Shown here piece after piece: positions 42,078 to 53,309 of a stretch of DNA of 64,000 bases (position 1 is its first letter; every line of letters begins with the position of its first letter). The stretch comes from Alphaproteobacteria bacterium (GTDB lineage Bacteria > Pseudomonadota > Alphaproteobacteria > GCA-2731375). The notes below the pieces were generated by a model, which did no database searches, was not told the DNA's origin, and saw only the letters and a program-made list of their open reading frames with translations. The DNA is taken from contig CBDDPY010000002.1 in assembly GCA_965232515.1 (NCBI GenBank), positions 2,560,001-2,624,000 of the forward strand. The letters are read 5' to 3'. A program made the translations under genes and the position numbers.

Positions 42078-44084
42078 ATGACAGTCACCGACGCGAAAGT
42101 CGCGCCCGTTGCCGCCAGCCATAACGACATGGCGAACGCGATCCGCGCCTTGTCCATGGACGCCGTCCAGGCCGCCAAGTCGGGCCACCCCGGCATGCCG
42201 ATGGGCATGGCCGATGTCGCGACCGTGCTGTTTACCCGCTTCCTGAATTTCGATCCCGCCGCCCCCGACTGGCCGGACCGCGACCGCTTCGTCCTGTCGG
42301 CCGGGCATGGCTCGATGCTGCTCTACGCCCTGCTCTATCTGACGGGCTACGAGGACATTGACGAGGACCAGATCCGTCGCTTCCGTCAGTTGAGCAGCCG
42401 CACCGCTGGGCATCCGGAGTTCGGTCACGCGGCCGGCATTGAAACCACGACAGGACCGCTGGGCCAGGGCCTGGGCAACGCCGTCGGCATGGCGCTCGCC
42501 GAACGCATCCTCGCCGCCCGTTTCGGCGACGCGTTGGTCGACCATTACACCTATGTCATCGCCGGCGACGGCGATCTGATGGAAGGCGTCAGCCACGAGG
42601 CGGCGTCGCTTGCCGGTCACCTGCGACTGTCGAAGCTGATCGTGCTGTTCGACGACAATCAGATTTCCATCGACGGTCCGACCAGCCTGACCGTCAGCGA
42701 CGATCAGCAGGCGCGCTTCGCCGCCTATGGCTGGGACGTGAGCGCCGTCGACGGTCACGATCCCGAGGCCGTGGCCGCCGCCATCGAGGCGGCGCGCGCC
42801 AGCGATCGGCCGTCGCTGATCGCCTGCCGCACCGAGATCGGCTTCGGCGCGCCGACCAAGGGTGGCACCGCGGCGACACATGGCGCGCCGCTCGGCGACG
42901 AGGAGATCGCGGGCGCCCGCGCGAAGCTCGGCTGGTCGCATCCGCCGTTCGACCTGCCGGACGACGTTCGGTCCGCCTGGCGGCAGTCCGCGACACGCGG
43001 TGAAGATGCGCACGCATCCTGGCGGCAACGCTTCGACGCGGCCGACGCCGATATCCGCGCGGCATTCGAGCGCGCCACCATCGGCGAGCTGCCGGCCGAA
43101 CTCGACACGGCGATCGTTGCGCACAAGCGCGGCCTCAGCGAGTCTGCGCCGACCGTGGCGACGCGCGCGGCGTCGGGCGACGTGCTCGACGTGATCAATG
43201 CGGTCCTGCCGGAGACGATCGGCGGTTCGGCCGACCTGACCGGCTCGAACAATACCCGCAGCTCGCAGCACCGGCCGATCACGGCGGACGATTTCGGCGG
43301 CCGTTACATTCACTACGGCGTGCGCGAGCACGGCATGGCCGCGGCCATGAACGGCATGGCGCTGCATCGCGGCGTCATTCCCTATAGCGGCACGTTTCTG
43401 GTGTTCAGCGATTACTGCCGTCCGTCGATCCGCCTGTCGGCGCTGATGCGCCAGCGCGTCGTCTACGTGATGACGCACGATTCCATCGGCCTCGGCGAAG
43501 ACGGCCCGACCCATCAGCCGATCGAGCATCTGGCAAGCCTGCGCGCCATGCCGAACCTGGCTGTGTTCAGGCCAGCCGACGCGGTCGAGACGGCCGAGTG
43601 CTGGCAGCTGGCCTTGGCCAGCCGCGACCGGCCGTCGGTGCTGGCGCTGACCCGCCAGGGCCTGCCGACCGTTCGGACGGCGCACACGGACGAGAACCTC
43701 AGCGCGCGTGGCGCCTACGAGTTGCGGTCCGCGAACGGCGCGGCCGCCGTCACCCTGCTGGCGACGGGATCGGAAGTCTCGATCGCGCTCGCCGCCGCCG
43801 ATCTGTTGGAGACCGACGGCACGCCGACCCGTGTCGTCTCGATGCCTTGCTGCGAGCTGTTCGATGCCCAGCCGGACGACGTCCGCGCGGCCATCCTCGG
43901 TCCGGGCACGGTCCGCGTCGCCGTCGAGGCCGCGGTCGGCTACGGCTGGGAACGCTATATCGGCCCCGACGGCGGCTTCGTCGGGATGACCGGCTTCGGC
44001 GCCTCGGCCCCGGCCAAGGATCTCTATCGTCATTTCAATATCACGGCCGAAGCGGTGGCTCATGCCGCCAAAGACCGGCTATAA
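42078..44084 (+). CDS. tkt: Transketolase
   Basis: [45 protein letters not shown]. Confidence 0.98.
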   Translation: MTVTDAKVAPVAASHNDMANAIRALSMDAVQAAKSGHPGMPMGMADVATVLFTRFLNFDPAAPDWPDRDRFVLSAGHGSMLLYALLYLTGYEDIDEDQIRRFRQLSSRTAGHPEFGHAAGIETTTGPLGQGLGNAVGMALAERILAARFGDALVDHYTYVIAGDGDLMEGVSHEAASLAGHLRLSKLIVLFDDNQISIDGPTSLTVSDDQQARFAAYGWDVSAVDGHDPEAVAAAIEAARASDRPSLIACRTEIGFGAPTKGGTAATHGAPLGDEEIAGARAKLGWSHPPFDLPDDVRSAWRQSATRGEDAHASWRQRFDAADADIRAAFERATIGELPAELDTAIVAHKRGLSESAPTVATRAASGDVLDVINAVLPETIGGSADLTGSNNTRSSQHRPITADDFGGRYIHYGVREHGMAAAMNGMALHRGVIPYSGTFLVFSDYCRPSIRLSALMRQRVVYVMTHDSIGLGEDGPTHQPIEHLASLRAMPNLAVFRPADAVETAECWQLALASRDRPSVLALTRQGLPTVRTAHTDENLSARGAYELRSANGAAAVTLLATGSEVSIALAAADLLETDGTPTRVVSMPCCELFDAQPDDVRAAILGPGTVRVAVEAAVGYGWERYIGPDGGFVGMTGFGASAPAKDLYRHFNITAEAVAHAAKDRL

Positions 44085-44119
44085 ACCGCTAGCGTCAATA
44101 CAACCCCCGGGAGGAATGC

Positions 44120-45127
<1,008 letters not shown>

Positions 45128-45139
45128 GGATCCACCACC

Positions 45140-46336
45140 ATGGCCAAGTTCGCGACACTCGACGATCTCGACGTCGCGGGTAAGCGTGTCCTGCTGCGGC
45201 TCGATCTAAACGTGCCCATGAAAGGCGGCGAGGTGACGGACGCGACGCGGATCGAGCGCGCCGTGCCGACCGTCACCGAACTTGCCGACAGGGGCGCGCG
45301 GGTCGTGATCATGTCGCATTTCGGCCGGCCGAAGGGAAAGGCAGTGCCGGAGATGTCGCTCGGTGCCGTCGTCGCGCCGCTCAGCGCCGCGCTCGGCCAG
45401 CGTCTGGTGTCCTTCGCCGTCGATTGCGTGGGCGAGAAGGCCGCGGCCGTGGTCGACGGTCTGGCCGACGGCGAGATCGCCGTGCTGGAAAATCTTCGGT
45501 TCCATCCTGGCGAGGAAGCGAACGACGAGACCTTCGCCGGCCAGTTGGCCGCGCTTGGCGATTTCTATGTTAACGACGCCTTCTCGGCCGCGCACCGGGC
45601 GCACGCCTCGACGGAAGGCATCGCCAGGCTGTTGCCGGCCGCCGCGGGGCGGGCCATGGAAGCCGAGCTCGACGCGCTCGAGCGCGCATTGGCGACGCCG
45701 GAACGGCCGGTGGCGGCGCTGGTTGGCGGCGCCAAGGTGTCGACCAAGCTCGCCGTCCTCAATCACCTGATCGACAAGGTCGATTGCCTGATCATCGGCG
45801 GCGGCATGGCGAATACGTTCCTGCACGCCGAAGGCGTCGAGGTCGGCCGCTCGCTGTGCGAGCATGACATGGCCGAGATGGCTCGCGAGATCGTCGACGC
45901 GGCCGAGCAGTCGGGCTGCGAGATCATGCTGCCGCGAGACGTGGTGCTGGCGCACGAGTTGAAGCCGAACGCCGACACGTCGACGGTCGTCACCGAGCAT
46001 GTGGCCGAGGATATGATGATCCTGGATGTCGGGCCGCGCGCCGTCGCCGATCTGATCGAACGGCTGCGCGGCTGCCGGACGCTGATCTGGAACGGGCCGC
46101 TCGGCGCCTTCGAGACCGCCCCGTTCGATCAGGGCACCAACGAAGTGGCGCGGGCCGCGGCCGAGCTGACCAAATCCGGCAGCCTGGTTTCGGTGGCCGG
46201 CGGCGGCGATACCGTGGCGGCGCTGAACAATGCCGGCGTGACCCGGGACTTCAGCTATGTCTCGACCGCCGGCGGCGCGTTCCTGGAATGGCTGGAAGGC
46301 CGGCCGCTGCCAGGCGTGGTTGCGCTCTATCAATGA
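45140..46336 (+). CDS. pgk: Phosphoglycerate kinase
   Basis: [36 protein letters not shown]. Confidence 0.98.
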   Translation: MAKFATLDDLDVAGKRVLLRLDLNVPMKGGEVTDATRIERAVPTVTELADRGARVVIMSHFGRPKGKAVPEMSLGAVVAPLSAALGQRLVSFAVDCVGEKAAAVVDGLADGEIAVLENLRFHPGEEANDETFAGQLAALGDFYVNDAFSAAHRAHASTEGIARLLPAAAGRAMEAELDALERALATPERPVAALVGGAKVSTKLAVLNHLIDKVDCLIIGGGMANTFLHAEGVEVGRSLCEHDMAEMAREIVDAAEQSGCEIMLPRDVVLAHELKPNADTSTVVTEHVAEDMMILDVGPRAVADLIERLRGCRTLIWNGPLGAFETAPFDQGTNEVARAAAELTKSGSLVSVAGGGDTVAALNNAGVTRDFSYVSTAGGAFLEWLEGRPLPGVVALYQ

Positions 46337-46340
46337 CCGG

Positions 46341-46754
46341 ATGACTGGGGTCGCTGTAATCTTTCACAATGTGTCCCAGTTATCCGCCGCCCTTGCCGTC
46401 GCCGAACAGACCGGTAAGCCGATAATGCTGCTGACGCCACCCGGCGGGGCCAGCTATGCCGGGCCTGGTTTCTATCGACGCCTGCTGGACCAGGCTTCGT
46501 CGGCGTATCGGCACGCGCAATTCCACTGCTTGCTGGACTGCGGCACGGATGCCGCGCTGGCGTTGCAGGCCTTGCGAGACGGCTGGACTGAGATCGTGTT
46601 CTGCGGTCCGGCGGAAGTGCGCGAGAAGGTCGAAAGCGCTGCCGGAACGATGGAGGCCCGTGTTCACGCGGCGGCGCCGGCCGCCGTCGATCTGCTGGTC
46701 TCGGCCGATATCGACGCCGCCTGCCGTGCGGCGTTGACCGGGGACCAAGTGTGA
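46341..46754 (+). CDS. Hypothetical protein resembling the N-terminal half of class II fructose-bisphosphate aldolase
   Basis: AVAEQTGKPIMLLTPPGGASYAG...CLLDCG...ALRDGWTEIVF parallels the class II pattern AAE..P.IL..S.G...YAG...LHLDHG...AI..GF. Confidence 0.6.
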   Translation: MTGVAVIFHNVSQLSAALAVAEQTGKPIMLLTPPGGASYAGPGFYRRLLDQASSAYRHAQFHCLLDCGTDAALALQALRDGWTEIVFCGPAEVREKVESAAGTMEARVHAAAPAAVDLLVSADIDAACRAALTGDQV

Positions 46755-46835
46755 TTGCCAACACTGCGATAGCTGCGGTATTCACGGCAGAAATCGCCGA
46801 CCAAAACTGACAACGACAGACAAGGGGCCGTCGAT

Positions 46836-47765
46836 ATGAAGCTGACGCGGAAAGTCCGCCAGATCCTGGACAACTACGAGAGCGATACGCCGGGCACCAA
46901 GGCCAACCTGGCCCGCATCCTGATGCACGGCAAGCTGGGGGGCACCGGCAAGATGGTGATCCTGCCGGTGGACCAGGGTTTCGAGCATGGCCCGCACCGC
47001 AGCTTCATCCCCAATCCGCCGGCCTTCGATCCGCAGTATCACTTCCAGCTCGCCGTCGACGCCGGCCTGAACGCCTTCGCGACGCCGCTCGGCATGGTGG
47101 AGGCTGGCGCCAGCACCTTCGCGGGGCAGATCCCGCTGATCCTGAAGGTGAACAGCGCCAATTCGCTCTATCCCGGCGAGGAGCCCAAGGACCAGGCGAC
47201 CACGGCATCGGTCAAGGACGCGCTGCGGCTCGGCTGCTCGGCCATCGGCTTCACCATCTATCCCGGCAGCGAAGCCTCCTACGACATGATGGAGGAGATC
47301 CGGGAGATGGCCGAGGAGGCCAAATCCGTCGGCCTCGCCGTGGTCGTGTGGTCGTATCCGCGCGGCGGCGACGTCACCAAGGACGGCGAGACGGCCATGG
47401 ACGTGGCCGCCTATGCCGCACACATGGCGGCGCTGCTGGGCGCGCATATCATCAAGGTGAAGCTGCCGAGCGACCATCTGATGCAAGGCGAGGCCAAGAA
47501 GGTCTACGACCTCTACGGTGTCGATTTGGCGACCCAGGCGGCGCGGGTGCGCCAGGTCATGCAGGCTGCCTTCGACAGCCGCCGCATCGTCGTCTTCTCC
47601 GGCGGCGCCAAGAAGGGCGAGGACCAGGTCTACGACGACGCCCGGGCGATCCGCGACGGAGGCGGCAACGGCTCGATCATCGGCCGCAACACCTTCCAGC
47701 GGCCGCGCGAGGAAGCCATCGCCATGCTGAACAAGATCATCCGGATCTATCAGGGCAAAGAGTAG
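46836..47765 (+). CDS. fbaB: Class I (DhnA-type) fructose-bisphosphate aldolase
   Basis: [26 protein letters not shown], Schiff-base Lys in [15 protein letters not shown]. Confidence 0.93.
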   Translation: MKLTRKVRQILDNYESDTPGTKANLARILMHGKLGGTGKMVILPVDQGFEHGPHRSFIPNPPAFDPQYHFQLAVDAGLNAFATPLGMVEAGASTFAGQIPLILKVNSANSLYPGEEPKDQATTASVKDALRLGCSAIGFTIYPGSEASYDMMEEIREMAEEAKSVGLAVVVWSYPRGGDVTKDGETAMDVAAYAAHMAALLGAHIIKVKLPSDHLMQGEAKKVYDLYGVDLATQAARVRQVMQAAFDSRRIVVFSGGAKKGEDQVYDDARAIRDGGGNGSIIGRNTFQRPREEAIAMLNKIIRIYQGKE

Positions 47766-47769
47766 GCGC

Positions 47770-48423
47770 TTGGCCGAACCGCGGGACCGCTGCCGGCTCT
47801 ATCCGATCACGCCGCCGGCCATCGATCCGGCCTCATTTGGCAACGATCTGGCGGCCGCGCTCGACGCCGGCGATGTCGCTTGCCTGCAGCTCAGGCTGAA
47901 GGATGTGGATGACGACACGGTGCGCCGGGCGACCGAGGTGCTGATGCCGGTCGCGCATGCGCGCGACGTCGCTTTTCTGATCAACGACCGGCCGGATCTC
48001 GCAGCCGAGATGGGGGCCGACGGCTGCCATGTCGGCCAGGAGGATACGGCCTACGCCGAGGCCCGGCGCCTGGTCGGCGACGACGCCATCGTCGGCGTGA
48101 CCTGCCACAACTCCCGCCATCTGGCGATGGAAGCGGGCGAAGCCGGCGCCGACTACGTGGCGTTCGGGGCCTTCTTCGCGACGGGCACCAAGCAGCCCAA
48201 AACCGTCGCGACCACCGAGATCCTCGACTGGTGGTCCGAGCTGTTTGAGATCCCATGCGTCGCCATCGGCGGCATCACGGTCGAGAACTGCGCGCCTCTG
48301 GTCGCCGGCGGCGCCGACTTTCTGGCCGTCGTCGGCGGGATCTGGAACCATCCCGACGGCCCGGCCGCTGCGGTCAAAGCCTTCAATGCCGAGATTGCGC
48401 GCGCCGCCAAAGCTGGCGGCTAA
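47770..48423 (+). CDS. thiE: Thiamine-phosphate synthase
   Basis: LQLRLK, LINDRPD, HVGQED, ADYVAFG, VAIGGI; TTG start. Confidence 0.93.
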   Translation: MAEPRDRCRLYPITPPAIDPASFGNDLAAALDAGDVACLQLRLKDVDDDTVRRATEVLMPVAHARDVAFLINDRPDLAAEMGADGCHVGQEDTAYAEARRLVGDDAIVGVTCHNSRHLAMEAGEAGADYVAFGAFFATGTKQPKTVATTEILDWWSELFEIPCVAIGGITVENCAPLVAGGADFLAVVGGIWNHPDGPAAAVKAFNAEIARAAKAGG

Positions 48424-48623
48424 TCGACGGGTTGTCGTAAGACCGACAGCGGCTGTCGGTTTACCTCGGGCGTCGTATAGCAGTCGACGTCGGCCAGCGT
48501 ACGGTAGCAATAGCCGGTGACGGCTGCCTTGGCGCCGTCACCCTCACAGTCCGGGCAGACTGCGCAGCCAGCCAGCAGGACGGCGCCAAGCACCGCCGCC
48601 GCAACCGTCGTCAAAGACGGCAT
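48420..48623 (-). CDS. Small Cys-rich lipoprotein
   Basis: Hydrophobic signal with lipobox LAGC; CPDC and [12 protein letters not shown] segments; downstream of the RidA gene. Confidence 0.65.
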   Translation of the reverse strand: MPSLTTVAAAVLGAVLLAGCAVCPDCEGDGAKAAVTGYCYRTLADVDCYTTPEVNRQPLSVLRQPVD

Positions 48624-48643
48624 CAAGATCGTCCTGATGCCGC

Positions 48644-48991
48644 TTATTTCGCCGCCGTGACCATGATCTCGACAACAAATTGCGGCGCCGCGAGCTTGCT
48701 CTCGACACAGGCCCGGCACGGTGGGTTCTCGGGATCGATCCAGGCGTCCCAGACCGAATTCATGTCGGCGAAGGTGCCGATATCCGAGAGCCAGATCTGC
48801 GCCGACAACAGCTTCGACTTATTACTGCCACATTCGGCCAGCAGGCTGTCGATCCGGTCGAGGATCTGCTGGGTCTGGCCCTTGACGTCGGCCGACGGGT
48901 CCGAGGCGACCTGACCGGCGAGAAATACGAGATTGCCGTATTCGACAGCCTGGCTCATGCGTGGACCGACGTCATGGCGGGTGATGGTCAT
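48644..48991 (-). CDS. RidA (YjgF/UK114) family protein, YoaB-like
   Basis: RMSQAV...VFLAGQVA, FADMNSVWDAW, PCRACVE, VEIMVTAA; GGGAG SD. Confidence 0.92.
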   Translation of the reverse strand: MTITRHDVGPRMSQAVEYGNLVFLAGQVASDPSADVKGQTQQILDRIDSLLAECGSNKSKLLSAQIWLSDIGTFADMNSVWDAWIDPENPPCRACVESKLAAPQFVVEIMVTAAK

Positions 48992-49156
48992 GTCACGACT
49001 CCCTGAATTTTGGATGATGTCTTGGCCGGCATTATCCACGAATTCCCGGCCTTCGCCAGCCGCGCGATTTGCCACGGCTTCAGCGTTGCGCCGAGGCAGG
49101 CGAGTTGATAGCTTCCGCGGCGCGTTAACGCGGCTCAATTCCAACGAGATCATGCC

Positions 49157-49723
49157 ATGCGAATCAACGGCAACGCCATCCGTCCGGGCAACGTCATCGA
49201 GCATAATGGCGAACTCTGGCGGGCCATGAAGATCCAGCACACCCAGCCGGGCAAGGGCGGCGCCTATATGCAGGTCGAACTGCGGAATCTGCGCAACGGC
49301 AGCAAGCTGAATGAGCGGTTCCGCGCCTCTGAGAGCGTCGAGCGCGTGCGGCTCGACCAGAAGGAGCACCAGTTCCTGTTCGGCGACGGCGACAGTTTCA
49401 CCTTCATGGATTCCGAGACCTACGAGCAGGTCGAGTTGAACAAGGATCTGCTGGGCGATCAGGCCGCTTATCTGCAGGACGGCATGACCGTGATCATCGA
49501 AAGCCATGAAGGCAGCCCGCTGGGACTTAGCCTGCCGGAGCATGCGACGTTCGCCGTCACCGAGACCGAGCCCGCCGTCAAGGGCCAGACGGCCGCCGCG
49601 TCCTACAAGCCGGCCATGCTGGAAAACGGCCTCCGGACAACCGTGCCGCCCTTCGTCAACATTGGCGACCGCGTCGTTATCAGCACCGAGGACGGCAGTT
49701 ACGTGAAGCGGGCCGACGCCTGA
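49157..49723 (+). CDS. efp: Elongation factor P
   Basis: [10 protein letters not shown] loop, KGQT...[14 protein letters not shown]. Confidence 0.97.
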   Translation: MRINGNAIRPGNVIEHNGELWRAMKIQHTQPGKGGAYMQVELRNLRNGSKLNERFRASESVERVRLDQKEHQFLFGDGDSFTFMDSETYEQVELNKDLLGDQAAYLQDGMTVIIESHEGSPLGLSLPEHATFAVTETEPAVKGQTAAASYKPAMLENGLRTTVPPFVNIGDRVVISTEDGSYVKRADA

Positions 49724-49747
49724 CGGCTGGAGAATTGGATTTCTGCA

Positions 49748-50581
49748 ATGGCCCTTAAGTCACCGCTGATCAACGTCATGACCGGCGCCGCGTTGAAAGC
49801 CGGACGGGCGCTGGTGCGTGATTTCGGCGAGGTCGAAAATCTTCAGGTCTCGCGCAAGGGACCGGCCGATTTTGTCTCTGTGGCCGACGTCAAGGCCGAA
49901 AACATCCTGCGGCGGGAGCTGTCCCGGGCCCGTCCCGGATTCGGGTTCCTGATGGAGGAATCGGGCGCCGTCGACGGTGACGATCCAAGTCATCGCTGGA
50001 TCGTCGACCCGCTGGACGGCACCACCAACTTCCTGCACGGCATTCCGCATTTTGCCGTTTCGGTCGGTCTCGAGCGGGATGGCGTGATCGTCGCCGGCGT
50101 GATCTATAACCCCATCAGCGACGAGATCTATTGGGCCGAGAAGGGCCAGGGGGCGTTTCTGAATGACCGGCGGCTGCGCGTGTCGGCCCGCGAAAATCTG
50201 AGCGATGCGGTGCTTGCCACCGGTATTCCGCATCTCGGTCGCGGCGATCGCGCCGGTTTCCTCTCCGTATTGGACGAGGTGATGACGAAAGTGGCCGGCG
50301 TACGGCGATTCGGCTGCGCGTCGCTCGACCTCGCCTACGTGGCGGCCGGACGCTGCGACGGGTTCTGGGAAGCGGACCTCGACGCCTGGGATGTCGCCGC
50401 CGGCGCGATCCTTGTTCGCGAGGCCGGCGGCTACGTTACGAATTATAAAGGTGGTGACGCGATTTTTGCTGACCGGGAAATAATCGCGGGAAATGACCGC
50501 ATGCACGAGAGCCTGCGCAAGCTGCTGTCACAAAGACCGATCGACAATGAGGTCGCCGATGTTCACGCGGCTGGCACCTAG
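49748..50581 (+). CDS. suhB: Inositol monophosphatase family protein SuhB
   Basis: WIVDPLDGTTNF, RRFGCASLDL, WDVAAG; efp-suhB synteny. Confidence 0.93.
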   Translation: MALKSPLINVMTGAALKAGRALVRDFGEVENLQVSRKGPADFVSVADVKAENILRRELSRARPGFGFLMEESGAVDGDDPSHRWIVDPLDGTTNFLHGIPHFAVSVGLERDGVIVAGVIYNPISDEIYWAEKGQGAFLNDRRLRVSARENLSDAVLATGIPHLGRGDRAGFLSVLDEVMTKVAGVRRFGCASLDLAYVAAGRCDGFWEADLDAWDVAAGAILVREAGGYVTNYKGGDAIFADREIIAGNDRMHESLRKLLSQRPIDNEVADVHAAGT

Positions 50582-50617
50582 ATTACGCGCCGCCGGCGGC
50601 CGTCCAGCCGCGACGCG

Positions 50618-50646
50618 TTGCCCGATGTATCGCATTGAGATATCGT
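50618..50646 (+). promoter_or_regulatory. Sigma70-like promoter for the OmpA-like/MotA-like/MotB-like cluster
   Basis: TTGCCC-N17-TATCGT. Confidence 0.4.
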
Positions 50647-50714
50647 TTGCGCCGGATTCGAAGCGGTCGCTGAAGGCCGCCGAAGGCTCGGGGGAAGGTT
50701 CTCTGGGGTATCGC

Positions 50715-52091
50715 ATGCGCGGCGCCTTTCGCCTCAATGGCCATCGGGCCATCAAATCCTGCCGCTTGACCATGGCTGCCGCAGCTTCCGTCGGCATCTG
50801 GCTGTCGACGACGGTCATGGCGCAGAACACCTATACCGTCGGCGCCGGCGGGCGGCCTAGTGTCGAAATCGATCTCGGCGTCGTCGACGCACCGGCCGGC
50901 CAGCGGCCAATCACGGTCGCGCCGGGTCTGGCGCCCATCGGGTCGCTGCCGCAGCAGCAGTTGCTGTATCCGAATGAGCGGAGCGCCGGTCGGATCACCC
51001 TGACGCCGCCAGGCAGCCGCAACGCCCCGACCTTGCGTCGGCCGCCGCAACGCAGCGCGCCAGCCATGGCCGCGGTGCCGCGGACGCCGGTGTTGTCCGC
51101 GCCGATCCCGGCATCGAAGCCGCAGGCGGTTGCGGCGGCGCCGGCCCCGACGCCACCGCCCGCCCTCAGAGCCCCGGCGCCGGTTCGCACCGCGGCGCCA
51201 GCGGCAGCCGCCCCTTCGGCGCCGCCGCCACGGGCTGACGCGGACACGACCGCCGCATTGAGATCGACCGCCCCACGCATCGACACCACCCGGCAGTCGC
51301 CGCCGCCATCGGCGCCGAAAGTGGCCTCGAAGGCGCCGGTCGCGCCGTCGCCGACCGCCGCTTTTCCGCCGCCGCCCGCGCCGTTGAGCAAACCACCGGC
51401 GACGTCGGCGAGACCGCTGCCTGCCGCGCCGCAACCGAAACCGCCACCGGCGGCCGAAGCAGCGCCACCGACACAGATCGCCGCGGCGCCGCCACCGGCA
51501 GCGGCGCTTCCGCGGCCGCCGGCGACGTCGGCTGCACCGTCAACGACGACGCCGGTTGTCGCCGCACCGCCACCTCCACCACCGCCGCCCCTGCCGGCCG
51601 TCAGCACGTCGAGTCCCGCGCCGGCCAATCAGGACGACGTCCCCAGCGTGCCCAGGGGCCAGGTCACGGCCGCGCCGCTGACGGCCGCCGAACCCGCACC
51701 GACGGCGGCGACGGCGCCCACTCCGGCCAGGGACAGCACCCCGACCGAGGCCACGCGGATGGTCGCGCTGCCGCCGGCCGGCGGCGATATCCTGCAAGTC
51801 GAGTTCGCGCAGGGAAGCTCGGCATTGTCCCGCGACATCGAATCGAAGCTGGGCGCGCTCGCGGCGCAGCTGAAGGCCACCGACGCCCGGCTGCAACTCA
51901 AGGCCTTCGCCAGCACGAACGGCGACAACATCAGCCGGGCCCGTCGCCTGTCGCTGTCGCGGGCGCTCGCCGTGCGGTCGTTCCTGATCGAGCAAGGTCT
52001 GCGCAGCACCCGGATCGATGTCCGCGCCCTGGGCATCGCCCGTGACGGCGGCGCGAGCGACCGCGTCGACGTCGTGCTGCTGTCCCCCTAG
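50715..52091 (+). CDS. Exported Pro/Ala-rich protein with a C-terminal OmpA-like domain
   Basis: Signal-like N-terminus (...TTVMA-Q), long P/A/T-rich linker, C-terminal FAQGSSAL...RRLSLSRALAVRSFLIEQG...RIDVRALG; start uncertain. Confidence 0.75.
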   Translation: MRGAFRLNGHRAIKSCRLTMAAAASVGIWLSTTVMAQNTYTVGAGGRPSVEIDLGVVDAPAGQRPITVAPGLAPIGSLPQQQLLYPNERSAGRITLTPPGSRNAPTLRRPPQRSAPAMAAVPRTPVLSAPIPASKPQAVAAAPAPTPPPALRAPAPVRTAAPAAAAPSAPPPRADADTTAALRSTAPRIDTTRQSPPPSAPKVASKAPVAPSPTAAFPPPPAPLSKPPATSARPLPAAPQPKPPPAAEAAPPTQIAAAPPPAAALPRPPATSAAPSTTTPVVAAPPPPPPPPLPAVSTSSPAPANQDDVPSVPRGQVTAAPLTAAEPAPTAATAPTPARDSTPTEATRMVALPPAGGDILQVEFAQGSSALSRDIESKLGALAAQLKATDARLQLKAFASTNGDNISRARRLSLSRALAVRSFLIEQGLRSTRIDVRALGIARDGGASDRVDVVLLSP

Positions 52092-52142
52092 CGGCGGCGG
52101 CACCGCAGCACATCTCCGCAAATACATTGGCGAGGTGACTCC

Positions 52143-53282
52143 TTGACGAAACCGACCCGCTACCTGACGCGCATGATCATCTTTATCATCGCCGTGGTGG
52201 CGGTATCCGGCGTCCTCTTCGGTCCGATCGCGCGCGCCTTCCAGGCCAACCCGCCACTCAACGGAATGATCATCGCGGTGCTGCTGTTCGGCGTCGTCTA
52301 TGCATTCCGGCAGGTCGCAAATCTAAGGCCGGAGGTCGAATGGATCGAGACCTTCCGCCGCTCGGAACCCGGCCTGTCGATCACCGCCGCGCCGGTTCTG
52401 CTGGCGCCCATGGCAACCATGCTGGGCGAGCGTCAGGGCCGGGTCTCGTTGTCCGCGCTGTCGATGCGCTCACTGCTCGACAGCATCGGCGCGCGCCTCG
52501 ACGAACGCCGCGACATCGTCCGCTATCTCACCGGCCTGCTGGTCTTCCTCGGGCTGCTGGGCACGTTCTGGGGCCTGCTGAACACCGTCAACGCGGTCGG
52601 TGACACGATCGGCAACCTGTCGCCCGCGGTTGGCGATTTCGGCACCTTCTTCAGCGAGCTGCAGACCGGCCTGGAGTCGCCGTTAAGCGGCATGGGCATC
52701 GCCTTCTCGTCCTCGCTTTTCGGCCTCTCGGGCAGCCTGGTTCTGGGTTTCCTCGAATTGCAGGCGAGCCAGGCGCAGAACCGCTTCTATCTCGATCTCG
52801 AGGAATGGCTGTCGACGCGCACGCGCCTGTCCAGCGGTTCGAGCCTGGCGGAAGGCGATCAGTCCGTGCCGGTCTATGTGCAGGCGCTCCTCGAACAGAC
52901 CGCCGACAGCCTGGAAAACCTGCAACGCACCATCGCGCGGGCCGAGGACAGCCGATCGTCGGGCCAGACGGCCATGCTGACGCTGTCGGAACGCCTCGCC
53001 ACGCTCACCGACCAGATGCACAGCGAGCAGGACCTGATGGCCAGGCTGGTCGAGCATCAGATGGAGATGAAGCCCGTGCTGCAGCGCATCGCGCAGGGCG
53101 CCGACCAGGCGTCGGCCGGGCTCGACGATGCCAGCCGCAATCACCTGCGCAACCTCGATGTCTATGTGATGCGCCTGCTCGAGGAGATGAGCGAGGGCCG
53201 CAACCAGACCATCGCCGAGCTGCGCAGCGAGATCAAACTGCTGGCCCGCACCATCGCCGCGCTCGGCGAAGAACGGCGTTGA
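52143..53282 (+). CDS. MotA/TolQ/ExbB-family proton-channel protein with a helical C-terminal tail
   Basis: Four hydrophobic segments; LVFLGLLGTFWGL and GMGIAFSSSLFGL channel helices; GAGG SD before TTG. Confidence 0.8.
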   Translation: MTKPTRYLTRMIIFIIAVVAVSGVLFGPIARAFQANPPLNGMIIAVLLFGVVYAFRQVANLRPEVEWIETFRRSEPGLSITAAPVLLAPMATMLGERQGRVSLSALSMRSLLDSIGARLDERRDIVRYLTGLLVFLGLLGTFWGLLNTVNAVGDTIGNLSPAVGDFGTFFSELQTGLESPLSGMGIAFSSSLFGLSGSLVLGFLELQASQAQNRFYLDLEEWLSTRTRLSSGSSLAEGDQSVPVYVQALLEQTADSLENLQRTIARAEDSRSSGQTAMLTLSERLATLTDQMHSEQDLMARLVEHQMEMKPVLQRIAQGADQASAGLDDASRNHLRNLDVYVMRLLEEMSEGRNQTIAELRSEIKLLARTIAALGEERR

Positions 53283-53309
53283 CGGCGCGGCCGTCATTGG
53301 CAGCCGGCC

